A stretch of 64,000 bases of DNA from Raillietiella orientalis. Its lineage: Eukaryota. Where the stretch lies: positions 1,860,001 through 1,924,000 of the forward strand of contig JAYWIR010000014.1 of NCBI GenBank assembly GCA_036172245.1. The letters are read 5' to 3'. Made by a program: the position numbers and the translations under genes. The notes under the pieces are model-generated. The model was not told where the DNA came from. It ran no database searches and was given only the letters and a program-made list of their open reading frames with translations. How positions within the stretch are numbered: position 1 is the first letter of the stretch; the number at the start of each line of letters is the position of its first letter. Below, piece after piece: positions 12,801 to 24,120 of the stretch.

Positions 12801-14879
12801 GAAAGATCCTTTCACTTCCCATCCTCCCCCTTCCCCTCTTTTTTGATTCCGTTTTTCTCTCTCCCTGTCGAAAGAAAAAGATGGATCACGCAGTGAAACT
12901 CGCTGGAAGAGCGAGGTCCTTCCCCGAACGGCATCCGCCAACGCCTCCAGTGAATCGCCCGGTCAAGCGAAAACTTGAGCAGGGAAGAGCGAGAGAAGCT
13001 GCGTCCGAGCCTCATTGCCTTCGAGGCGGGCGGCCACCTCATTACATCTGACTTCCCGCACCCGCGAATGGAAGAGCCTCACGCCATGCTCTTGCTGGTC
13101 TCCGCGCCCAAGAAGAACAACGAAACCGCTCGGATCCGAGGGCGCAAGGAGCCGTCACGTTAACTGGAAGCCCTCGGGAGAAGCCGAACGCCCACTTGTC
13201 GGGGTCCACGAGCTCATCCTTCACCACTCACGGAGCGTCACTCTTTTCCTGGAATCCCCCGATGCAGATGACGAGACGGGTGACTTCCGCGCGATCACAC
13301 TGCGCAGGGAGAGCTCTTGTGGAACGGGGACCACCATCACCAACAACAACAGCCGGGCACCCCCACCCCCCCGGGACGGAAAGGATTCCGGCGATCGGGA
13401 AGAGGAAGGGATCCACGCGGAAGCGAAAATTCCTCTTCCCAGTAATGAATCCGGAGGAGGCATCTGGGACGAAGCGTGTGGAGCCGCGGAGATTCGAAGC
13501 CCGGTTTCGAATGGAAGCGGACTGGAAAGAGACATTTTTAGTCCGGCGAGCAGACGACTCTTTTCGATTTCAGATCTAAAAATAGAAATTAGAGTTGAGA
13601 GTTCCAAGCGTACTTGCGGTTCCACCGCGCGAGCAAGAGGAAGGCCGCACAAACTGCAGAGAAGCTGCCAGCTCGCAAACGTTCGGTGGGAGCACGAGGG
13701 GCGGTTGGGTTCCCCAAGAGCTTGAGATCCAAAGCACGGAAGGGCGTCTCCCGAAGAATCCTACATCCACAAGTTACGTGGATGGTGTTTGCCACGGAGG
13801 GATCCGGCGAAAAGGTTTGACAGCTTCGAGGACGGAGCGCTTCCGAGTGCTTGGGTGGAACGCTCCTTCCTCACACGTGACCGCGGAGGTGCCGACGGAG
13901 AGTGCCAGCAACCGCGCGGGTCTTGGCTAATTGATCCATGAATCTCCTCAGCATCCGTCGTACGATCTGCACATGCGGACGAATGCCTCTCCAGGACATT
14001 CCCCGCGTGCATTCGGGCTGGATGTTCCCCCTTCCGTCGTCGTGCTCGGATAAAAAAATTTCTTTCCGCAAAGCTCTTCAGCTCGGAAACGCTCGGTACG
14101 TGTTTCGAGAGCGGGAGATCACTAAGCAAGATTTCGTGTCCTGGCTCCTTTCCGCTTGCCGTTACGCATCACGCATGCGAAAGACGCCGGGACGGTGCTC
14201 CAGCCAGCGGCTAGCGGCCACTCAGCGGAGGTCCGAGAAAGCCGAGGAACACCCGGCTGCGAAAGGGGCAGCCTCGTGATCGGACTTTTCGGGAGGACAT
14301 GCAAGGATCCTTTGAAAACTTCAGCAAAAAAGCGCTCGCCTCTTCAGGAGCGCCAAAGACGTGAGGGCATCCGCAGACGGACAACCCTTTGCTGGAACAC
14401 GTGGAAACAGCAGAGGGGAGGTTTCAAAGAACAGCCTCTGGGATGAAGAATTCCGAGTCAAATCCCCTTCACCAGGTTTGCGGGTCTCAGATTCCCACGT
14501 GTGAAACTTCTCCGAAAGAATGCGCGTTTTTGACGCCTTCCTCGGCGACCCTTTGGCACTTTTAAACTGCAGCTCCAAGGCTTCCTTTTGGTTTGCAAAC
14601 ACATGTGGACATTTCGCCCGATCCTGTGCCACTCGTCGAATCGGAAACTGAACTGCGGATAATCCACACAGACTCTGCCACAGGCTAATTCCTTCGAATG
14701 GTTCAAGGAACTCTCAAATATGCAGTTCATTCCAGGAGTTTTGGTGTTTAATTAACGGCCTTACTCACTCGCGCGGGAGGAGAGGAAGGAAAAGTGTTAC
14801 ATTGACTCACGCTGTTAGTTCGTGGCGTCGCAAAGTAGAGAAGCGACAGCTCAGATTCTGCAGCATTCTGCAAAGTCAC

Positions 14880-15550
14880 GGTGCAAAAAACAAAAAAAAA
14901 ATTCAAGAGGAATAAAAATCCGAAAAATCCATCCACACTGATCAACACGGTTTCATAAGGCTTTCGTTTGCGAGACATCCTACACGAGAAGCCCACGGTC
15001 TCCCAAAATTGTGTTCGGAGCGAAAACTTCCCTGAGAAAACACATTTTTTCATCCTTGAGAACTTTTATGTAACTTTGGATCAGTTCCCAACGAAACACC
15101 ACAAAAGAACACTGATACATCGGGTTTTTCCTCCTCTTGAATCTGATGCGAAGCAACACCCCGACTTGCACCACTTCTTGTCGATGCCCGTCCTATGGCA
15201 TCAGAAAACACCACGATCTCGTGAGATATGATCTTTGGTTCTGGATGAGAAACCCGTCGTAGTTGTACCATGTGCCAGCGTCCTAGCACGCTGGCACTTG
15301 GTGTCACGGCGTGTCGTTGTGCTACAAATATGACCACTTGCGGGTTACATTTTCTAATCTCTCCCGGAGCCGAACACTGTCGTACACCAACGACCACTCC
15401 TCCTGCGCTCGTCATTTCCGACTCCCCCTGCTCTGTTGGTTCCGCCCACGAACTCGGAAACACGTTGCACCTCGAGTTTCCATAACACCTTTCACAACGA
15501 GAATCTCGAACTCTCGTAACCACTCCAGCGAGTTGCAATCTTTTACTCAT
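14880..15550 (-). mobile_element. Possible LINE 3' end (zinc knuckle plus T-rich tail)
   Basis: DSRCERC...NVF near 15490, followed on the minus strand by a T-rich tract near 14885-14900. A similar CERC...HLF occurs on the minus strand near 25165. Confidence 0.3.
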
Positions 15551-17199
15551 TTACTTTCCATATGTTTATCTGCTGAAGAATTTCAGCTTTTTTCTTTTTT
15601 TTTTTTTTTAACATGAAAAAGTTCAAATTGGCCTGTTTATTGGGGGGGGGGAAGACACACACACACACATAACATTTACTTGTAGCTCTTTAAAGATGAG
15701 CTGAATAGATATTTTTCTTTCCCGAAAATCGAAAAGTATTAGGAACACGAGCAGGAATATCATGCAGTGGACCTCACAGGATCCTTTCCACCGTCACAAT
15801 TTGCAGCAGTGTCTACCGCAGGAACACTCGTAACCCTGGCGACGCAGTGAAGCCATACAACGTTTTGAGAATGAACAAAACGCACAGTATTACCGGAACA
15901 GCGTAATGCAGGATCGTCCTGGATATTATTACTATATATATATATTTAAAAAACGGCATGAATTTAAAAAACACAGGGATGGATGATCCGAAAAATGATT
16001 TCGAGTTGTGCAATGTATTTTTTTTTTTTTTCTTTCGATTTGCTGTTTCGCACGCGTTTAATGCTGAAGGCACTCACGCTAATAGCTGAAAATTAGACAG
16101 AAAAAGAAGGAAGGAAATTGAAGAAAACTCCTCTAACCTTGAATCGTATCAACTAAAACGTATTCCTCTATGAGAAACTGCTTTCCCCTTAATGAAGTAT
16201 TGGAAACTGATGCACTGAGTTCGAATCACACTGCCTTCTTAGCTACATTTTTCTACGAAAAATATATCAAAGACCGAGCTCCATGCACCGATTCACGATT
16301 ATACGCAACAAGTGTCCATACATGTGCATTCAAACAAATTTGCCAACGGAAATCAGATCATGTGTACCGCAATATCATTTGTGACGCATAAGCGAGGCTA
16401 TATAATCACTGGGCGGTGACGTCACCCATTTTAGTGAGACTTCATGCAGGTGTATCACACAAGTTTTCGAGAATCACGCTACGTGAGCTCACTTTGCCGA
16501 CTATTCTCGATATTTCCACTACGATCTTCGTTTCAGAACGGCATGATGAGGTGTTCAATATTCACAAACTGTCTATTTAAATCTTGCGGCGGCAGCGTAT
16601 ACACTGCTTTCAAGGACCATCAAATGCTTTTTTATTTGCAAAGATAAAGTTCCATTCCAAGCCAACCGCCAGATTCAGGGTTCACCCGACGGAATTTAAT
16701 GAAAGTAAGTTAAAAAAAAACAAAAGCGATTACAAAGACCGGGTTCGTGTTCGTTGAAAATATGTACACGTGTGTTTGGGTGGGATGAGGAAGCGAGAGT
16801 TGAGGGGCTGGTTTTTTCATGATCACTATACATATACCCATATACACAAAGAAGAGAGGGGGGAAGGGGGGGGAGGAACTGAACAACACCAAAGTCGGTG
16901 GAAAGCAGCCGTAGCTCTTCGGGACGAACAGTGAATCGGATTACAATTCTTGGTGGGCAGCCAACATGACGGAAGGCACACGCTGCCTTCTGCCTTCGAT
17001 GCCCACATCAGTGCGTTCTACAGATAAACAAATGGGGTGAAAAGAAAAGAAAGAAAGAGAAAAAAATTCGCACGCACCTCGAAACTGAAAATTTCGGATT
17101 GGGGCAGGGAATCCGTATGCATCCCAGACATCACTGAACGCAGGTCACCGAAGAAGCGCCTGCTGAACGCTCCGGGAAACGCAAGGGAGTAAGTAGTCA

Positions 17200-20100
17200 C
17201 GGAAGGGAGAAGCCAATGGAGCCAGGAACGCTCTCCTCTCCCCCCGGAAGGAAACCGGCTGCTGCTTGATGCTTGCGAGAGCCCCGAAAGCGTGCACGAC
17301 GATGGTTGTTCCTCAGAGACTCCTCTCTCGAGGTGGGCGAATACTGCTTGAGGTGGCAGGTTGAAGAGAAGACCCCGCCAGCCTCTTTGGGAAGGAAAGC
17401 CTCTTTGTGCTGACTTGGAAGCAGGCGAAAGGAAGATCTTCCTCCCGCACCTCGCAAGGAGGGTTTCGTTTCTTGCCTGAAAGACTGATCTACCCCGGAG
17501 GGGGCTGTTCTGTCGCGGCCCAGCAACTTGGCCTTAAGAGAAGCGGCCAGATGATCAAGGGAACTTTTTTCCTCCCGGAAGAGGCGGCACAGGAAATGAT
17601 CCCCTCTTGTGGCGGCGGAAGTTGGCTGCGGAAACGGTCCCATCGTTCTTCGGGAGGAAGGCGACTCGGCGGAGGAGGGAACGAGTGATCTCGAGCGAGG
17701 GATAAGAGGTGTCGAGGTCACGGGATCACTGCTCATGACCTCGAGGTGAAAGTAGCGCAGTTCTGCCCCTTCGATGCACTTGGCTGGAAAGGGAGGAAAC
17801 AGAGGAGCTGTGGCCGAGAGATACAGTGCCACAGCATGAGGGAGCGAAGAAGAGAAAAAGCAGCCGACCCGGGGGGATGAGCCTTCCTCTATCCCGGAAG
17901 CCGCCCTCAAGGACTGGGCGATCTATACTGACTCTTTGAAGATGTCAGAGTTATGAGGTCTCGCCAGGCGAGACCTCAGTTTCTTCCTCCTCTTCTTGGT
18001 TTCCTGGGAATCCCTCCTCCGGTATAACTGCAGGGGCAAAGGAAGTGGGATGTCAGGTCTGGGTTCCGGAAAGGCTGCGGACAGAACTCACCACCGCATG
18101 CAGGCGCTGAGGAAGGAAGACACCACGCAGTTGCGGCAGCTCCCACCCAGAGTCTGGGGTGTCCCTCCACTATCTCCTGCCGATCTCGGCTGCCTTCGCA
18201 GACGGCGCTGGACCGGGAAGCCCGCGCTTGGAATGAATCAAACGCACTGTCGGCTGAGAGCCCACAGGGCTGCACGTTCGGAGGTTTTCCCGGGGCGCGG
18301 TGTCTCGTGAACGGAACTGCAATTCGCTCGAGTCAGCGATTTTTATCGTCTTACGGCATCTGGAAGAAGAGCTCTGAAGATTCCCCCGTGTGCTTCGTGC
18401 GCCCCTCTTGCACCGCCTCTCCCCTCCCCCCAACGTTTCCACTGCCGCAGACACCGTGATGCACCGACAGTTGGACCACAGACACAGCGACCGTGCCCCA
18501 TGCGTTTCCCGCTCTCCCTGTCTCTGGCTCCTGATCTCTGCTGCTCCCGTCTTGCCGGGAGCGGGAGGGGGAAGAGGCTTGCCACCGATCCTTGAGTGTT
18601 GCAAGCGACGGAGATTCTCCAGCCGGTCGGGAGGTCAAACTCCCCCCCTCCCCCTCCCATTCCTCTTCGCATTTCCCGAGGCGTACAGCCGCGCGCTTGA
18701 GCACTGTCTTTCCCTGCACAAACTTCCAACACACCGACGGGGACTGAGAGCGCAGCCGGGCGCGCATACCCACCGGGAAGACGTCTCTGGAGAAGGAGAA
18801 GAGCCAGCACACCTCGATGGCTGGAAGCACCGAAGCCCAAAATGACGTGGATGCCAGCCCGTTGAGAAGAGAAGGGTTGCTTCGGCATGCCGCATCCCGT
18901 CTGGGAGCGGGACCCGTCTTCCCCCTCCCGTTCGCGAGGAAGAGGAGAGGGGGCAGGAGAGGGGAAAAAGGGAGTGACGAAGAGCGAGAGGAACCAGAGG
19001 ACCGAAAGAGTGGGAGGGTCGGTCCCCCCGTTCGGCTCGCCGCTCGCCAAAGGCGGCCACCAACGGAAAACCTATGGAGGCGTCGCCCGATCCGTGGAGA
19101 GTGGCCGCTGACGAGAAACGTCCCGAAGCGGTGGCTCGAGGAAATCGAAATTCAGCTGGGCTCTCCCAGGTCGTGCGCACCAGGAAGAGCCACCCTTTCA
19201 CGAGAACGAAGAGGAGGGTCGCTTCGGGACCTGCCCGACACGGCATCCGACCGCCGGAAGGGGAAAAGGTAGGAGAGGGGCAAGAAACGGAGGAAGCGAA
19301 GATCGCGTACCCGGAATATGCCTCTTTTCTCTGCGTTCGCCGCCGGGCAGGACGGACCAAAGATCCAAAATGGCTGCGCGAGATGGCGCGGGGTAAACGT
19401 CGATGGGCTGCTCTCAGCTCGCGGGAGCCACCGTTTCGATCGACCTCGCCGTCGTGGACGCAAGGCAGCCTCCGGCTGCGTGCGCGTCTGATTCCGGTGT
19501 CCGCTGCTTCGGGCAACGCGCACCGAGGAGAAGGAACTCCATCTCAGGGCTGCGGAGTGGTGCGATTTGGTTTTGCGTTCCTGACCCCTCCCCTCAGAAG
19601 ATGTTCCCCTTTCGACCCCATTACCCAGGGGGACTCTCATCCCCATGGAATTGGTCCAGGAGCCGGGCTGGCACTGGCAAAAGGCTCGAGCTTGACCTTC
19701 CATCGGAATCCTGACCCTCTCCGGCAACTCCCGATCTTCCGGGACCTGTAAGAGCGGGACTGGTAAAAGGGGGAGGGGGGAATTGGGCGGATCCGGAGTC
19801 GCAGAGCAGTCTCCCTTCCGACTGCGCCGGGATGATAAACGAGGACTCCCTAGGGAGAGAAACCCCGTACGTCAGAACGCTCTCTCCAAAACTCCGGCGG
19901 CTGAAGGAGGCCAACTCGAGAGCATCTCGAGCCTGCGAAGGGAGAGGAGAGGGGTGGGGACTTGCTGAGAATGGCGCTGGATGGCAGCGCAGTGAGGTTC
20001 ACCACTCTCGGGTGGGGGATTCGGGGGAGGTTTGGGGTGCGTTCGTGGGAAAGGAGGGAAAGGTCGGGAGGGGCTCACAGCAGAAAGGCAGAGAATCTCT

Positions 20101-20260
20101 TCCACCTCTCCTGTCAAGCCCCGCGCTGAAGACCCCCTCCATCGGTCGTCTCCGGTTCATCGCTACCGGAGCTGATGAAGGCACCGTAGGGGAGAAGGCC
20201 CGGGATGCACACGTAACGGCACACGAACTCCTGGAGGATTTACTACATAAAAATAACTAA
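17200..20260 (-). mobile_element. Degenerate non-LTR RT region
   Basis: GWHPRHFGL (WRPI.L-like, about 18850), SPSVCWKFVQGKT (Q.GFV.GR-like, about 18720), later ENLRTCSPV. GC-rich block ending sharply at an AT-rich stretch near 20245. Confidence 0.4.
17954..17978. repeat. 25-bp near-perfect palindrome
   Basis: tgaggtctcgcc-a-ggcgagacctca. Confidence 0.95.
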
Positions 20261-20349
20261 TTAATCCAAACACTTTAAAGATAAAACTTAAAATCTCTAC
20301 CTCATTTATGACAAACCATGAATAAGCTATAATTACCTTATAATCCACC

Positions 20350-22950
20350 TATTCTCTGCGCGGTTCTGCTTCCTCCCTGCCATCCCTCTCCCGCGCGCGC
20401 GATCCAAACGGGAATGGATGGGTGGCGATGGAACAAGTCCTGTACATGCGGGTCGTGCCGTGTTTAACCGCTACGAGGTCGCCGACGGACCAGCGGTCAG
20501 GAAGCATTTGTCGGGTACAGCGGACGGAAAGACCGCGCACGCTACTCACATAGGAGCAGGGAGAATGGGTCGTCGCTGAGAGACCCCATGGTATGACCGC
20601 CCTGGATCGCAACCAACCCTAGGATTAACCCCCGCCGCAAGGAGAGCGCTGCGGGGAGAGGGAGGAGCATCGGGAGGAAGAGCGTGGTCATGGGAACCGA
20701 GGTTGCTCGACAACCTCCACCGGCAGAGGCTCTCCCAGGTCTTTGTGCATGCAACGCCCTGCACCCGCCTTCCCGAGAGAGGGCGGGCTGCCTGCAAGGG
20801 CGGATGGTGCTCTCAGCAAACCGCCACCTTCGCGCATGCGCCGCATGCGTGGAGGGCGTCCCTAGAAGCTTGGCGGAGGCTCACGAGCCTTGCTGAAGTG
20901 CATCTTCTCACGCTTCCAGCTGCTGAGGATCCTGGGAGACGGAAGGAAGGAAGCGGCTTCCGGTCTCTAACGGGAAGGAGGAGCACAGCGAGAGGGAAAG
21001 GGACAGGGAAGTGAAATGAAGAACTCGACAGATAAGGGGTGGGTGGCAAGGGACCCACTGGGAGATACTTTTTGCGCGATGGAGCCTTGCAGACTTACAG
21101 AAGCAACGAAGACGGCACCGAGGACAGAATAAGCAGCAGCAGAAACAACAAAAACAACAGGAGCAGTAGCAACAGCACTATTTACAGCAACAAAGGAAAC
21201 AAAGACAAAAAGAGCAGAAGGAGAAGAAGCGACAACAACAACAGGAGCGGCAGCAACAACAGTAGAAAAAGCAGCAGAAGCAACAACAACAGAAGCAGGA
21301 AAACGCGGCTCGGAGAAGCGGAAGCAGAAGCAAGAAAAACAACAGGAGCAGCGGCAACAACAACAATAATAATGGCAACAAAATCAGCAGGAGCAGCAGG
21401 AACAGCAATGGCAACATTAAACGATAAGGCAATCTGAATAGGCAGCAGTCCACGAAAGAAAGGGGTTCATCAAGGGAATGTTTGAGCGTTTGGCTTCAGA
21501 TGGGGCGAGACTCTGGCCAAACAGGAGGCGCCTCCTTCCTGGATGTCGATGGTGCCTAGCGAGCGGTCCGCGTTCCTGGAGGCCTGAAAGCCTGTATGCG
21601 TTGCTCGGGAAAGGAAGAAAGTGGACGTAACTATGTGCTACCGGCTTCCCGAAACTTTATGCCTTTTCCTGGTGGATCTCATCGGGATCGCACGCATCGA
21701 AAGAGAAGAAAATTGCAGGAAGGTGCAGGCGGGGCAGGAAGGCGGAGGGGAGGAGCTCAGAAGCGCAGGGTGCGTTGGCACTGTGGGGCGTCCTCCCGTC
21801 GCAGCCCACAGAACGAGGGCAGCCGACCCGACGTTGTGGCAACGCAACCATCCTGCGGGCCCGAGAGGACGAGGAAGACGATCTGCAACCAGGAGAATTC
21901 CAAGCTGGGCGAGGCCCTCGTGGAGGAAGGAGGGAGAGGAAAAGCGACAGGGGCCGTCTCCCCACAGAGGAAACCGGGAGCAGAAACAGAGGATGCGGGA
22001 GAGACCTCGGTCACATGGCCTTCCCCCTGGAAAAGGCGGACGCACGGGGGACCCTGAGCTGCGTTGCTGACCGGAGGAGTTCCAGGGGCCACCGTGCGAA
22101 GAATCTCCTCCGTACGAAGCGCCGTCCGGTAGCCGCTCAAGAGGAGGGAGAGGGATACGGCAAGAGATGAAGAACGAGGCAGAAGCGAGCTTAGCAACGG
22201 AGGTTTCACAGTCCGGCGGCTCGATGAGTGCGAGCGGGCTTAGGATGATCCGGAATACCGAATCCTGCGATCCCAGGAAGGCTGGGAGGCAGGCGACGGA
22301 CTCGATACCGGACAGGAACCGCTGGAAGGGAAGGTTGTGAGAGGCAGCAGGACGCGAATAATGGAAGGATGAGAACAGAAGACAAAATCCTCCCCCCTCC
22401 CCTCCATGCAAGCTGGAAACCAGGTGCATGTCGATCGATATCCAGGGCCCCAGTCGAACCCCAGTCGCCCGGAATGCGGCTTTCTGAAGAGGCGAAGCTC
22501 CCGGTCTCCGGAGCTCCGACAAACAGCGCGCGCGAGCCCCCGCTGCGCGAAAAACGTTGCCCACCGGGTAGACCGGAAGGCGGGCCAGCAGTTCGGCGCC
22601 GGCTATCCAAGGGCAAAGCGGCTGACTCGCGTAGCGGCGTCGAGGATGCGGAGCAAAAAGGCGGGCGTCTTGAAGGGAATCTCTTCCTTATTCTTTCGGG
22701 AGGGACTCCCTGGAAGAGGAGGCAGTCCTCATTTCTTCTCCTACGGAAACCTGAGATCTGCTCCTGGAATTTCTTCTGTGGAAGGACCCCTCGGAAAGGA
22801 TCTGCTCCTCGTTTCCTCCCCTGAAGAGAACTCCGAAGGGACGCTTCCCGATTTCTCTGAACGGAACAGCACGCTTTTGTAACACTCTGGACAGCTCCGA
22901 GGAACGGGGATGGCTCCATTTCACAACCGGAGGGGAACGGTTCCTTGATG
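20350..22950 (+). mobile_element. Degenerate non-LTR RT region interrupted by a simple repeat
   Basis: PNGNG (about 20405), CLQGRMV..N (about 20790), LEAWRRL, KGVHQG (21459-21476), VDVT about 50 codons later, PRKAG (about 22272). Confidence 0.45.
21125..21420 (+). repeat. Compound cryptic microsatellite (AAC/AGC/AGA-rich, almost T-free)
   Basis: Interleaved aac, agc, aga and gga triplets over about 300 bp. Confidence 0.9.
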
Positions 22951-23134
22951 CCCTGGAATGACCCCGGATGGTAAACTTTCCATCCCGGCCAGTCAACAGA
23001 GGCATCCGACTTAGACTGGTGCCACGCTCAAAACCTACGGGCTATGCTGCAAAAGCTCCATGCTGCAGGAAAAGGAAATAGGAGGGAGGGGGATTGAAAC
23101 CCACTACGCACTCCCCGCTCTGGGCATCTATCCT

Positions 23135-23217
23135 TCCCTGGGTGGGATTCGAACCCTCAACGCTTAGTGCCATGCACGGAAACTGCAGCCGTACGCGCCG
23201 CCAACGCGGTTAAGGGA
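23135..23217 (-). tRNA. tRNA-like element (pseudogene or SINE head) with a long variable region
   Basis: Minus strand TCCCTTAAC-CGCG TTGGCGG CGCG-TACGG CTGCAGTTT CCGTG-CATGGCACTAAGCGTT-GAGGG TTCGAAT CCCAC-CCAGGGA. Shows TCCCT/AGGGA acceptor pairing, a D stem, an anticodon stem and a canonical B-box T loop. The anticodon loop is non-canonical. Confidence 0.55.
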
Positions 23218-23279
23218 GTCTGAGCCAACGAAGGGCCCCTCCCGAAGGACCGGACTGGTTTTGCTCTCTTGCCATCCAC

Positions 23280-24120
23280 TAGGAATGTCTTCTCCAGACT
23301 GGTTCTCCAGCAGGTTCTCCAAAGGCAGGTTGGCACTCCTGAGGGAAGATAAAGCCTACGTGATATTTCGTCGTCATGTGCTGATTTGCGGCTCGTCCCG
23401 CTTGGCTACAGAGTGAAAAAAAAAAAAACTTAGGGTCCAGGTTTTGCATATCCCTTACCTCCCCCCTTTCATGAAACTTTGCTTGGAAGTCAGGGACCCC
23501 CTCCCCACTCTTTATGCTTTCTCCTTTCGAATCCCCAATCCAATCGATGGTCATCCCCCGAGGTACCTTTCCGTGAAACCTTAACCTTAGCAGGCTGCAG
23601 TTGCAGTGCAGAGATGAAATGATGTCGGTTGCTCTGGAAAGGAATGTGCCAGCTGGACAGGATCCCACCGCCGTCCGACGAAGATGAGTGCTTCGGAGTA
23701 TCCCAAAAGTCTTCCAGAAGTCCGAGAAACCTGGAGAAGGAGGCGATGTTTCCAGCCGGGATCCGCAAGCGGGCATAAACTAGCTCCTTGAACTGAGAAA
23801 TGAGAGGGAAATTGCGCAGCAACGGGAAGGGGGCGCGTAGGAGAGCCTGAACCACGATGCAACCTCAGCTGGGATGCAACCAGACGAGTGTTGAGTCTCA
23901 CAGAATTGCAGTAGAGCGCCGAAGAGCAGTAGGAAAGAGCAGTGGGAAGCATTACGTAAGCATTCGTGGGCGAGCCATGAAAGGTGGGACAGCTCCAGAA
24001 ACATAGGGGGACCGCTTTCTGGGACCACTTGTAACGGTAGCCTTTGCGACGGTCTAGCTGCTGGGAGCGAGCTCGCGGGAGAAACGTGGCAGGAGCGAGT
24101 CTGGACGGCGAACCGAGCCA
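23280..24120 (-). mobile_element. Non-LTR ORF2 C-terminal-half fragment
   Basis: RFHGK...SIKSGEGVPDF resembles the FLW.GK...GGLGVPD segment of L1/Tx1 ORF2. Confidence 0.3.

Noticed and set aside
16399..16426. TATA-like, GC-box and palindromic CRE (ggtgacgtcacc) cluster
   Set aside because: No associated gene identified; short motifs can occur by chance.
21178..21453. Poly-Leu/Cys 'membrane protein' ORF
   Set aside because: Antisense reading of the microsatellite.
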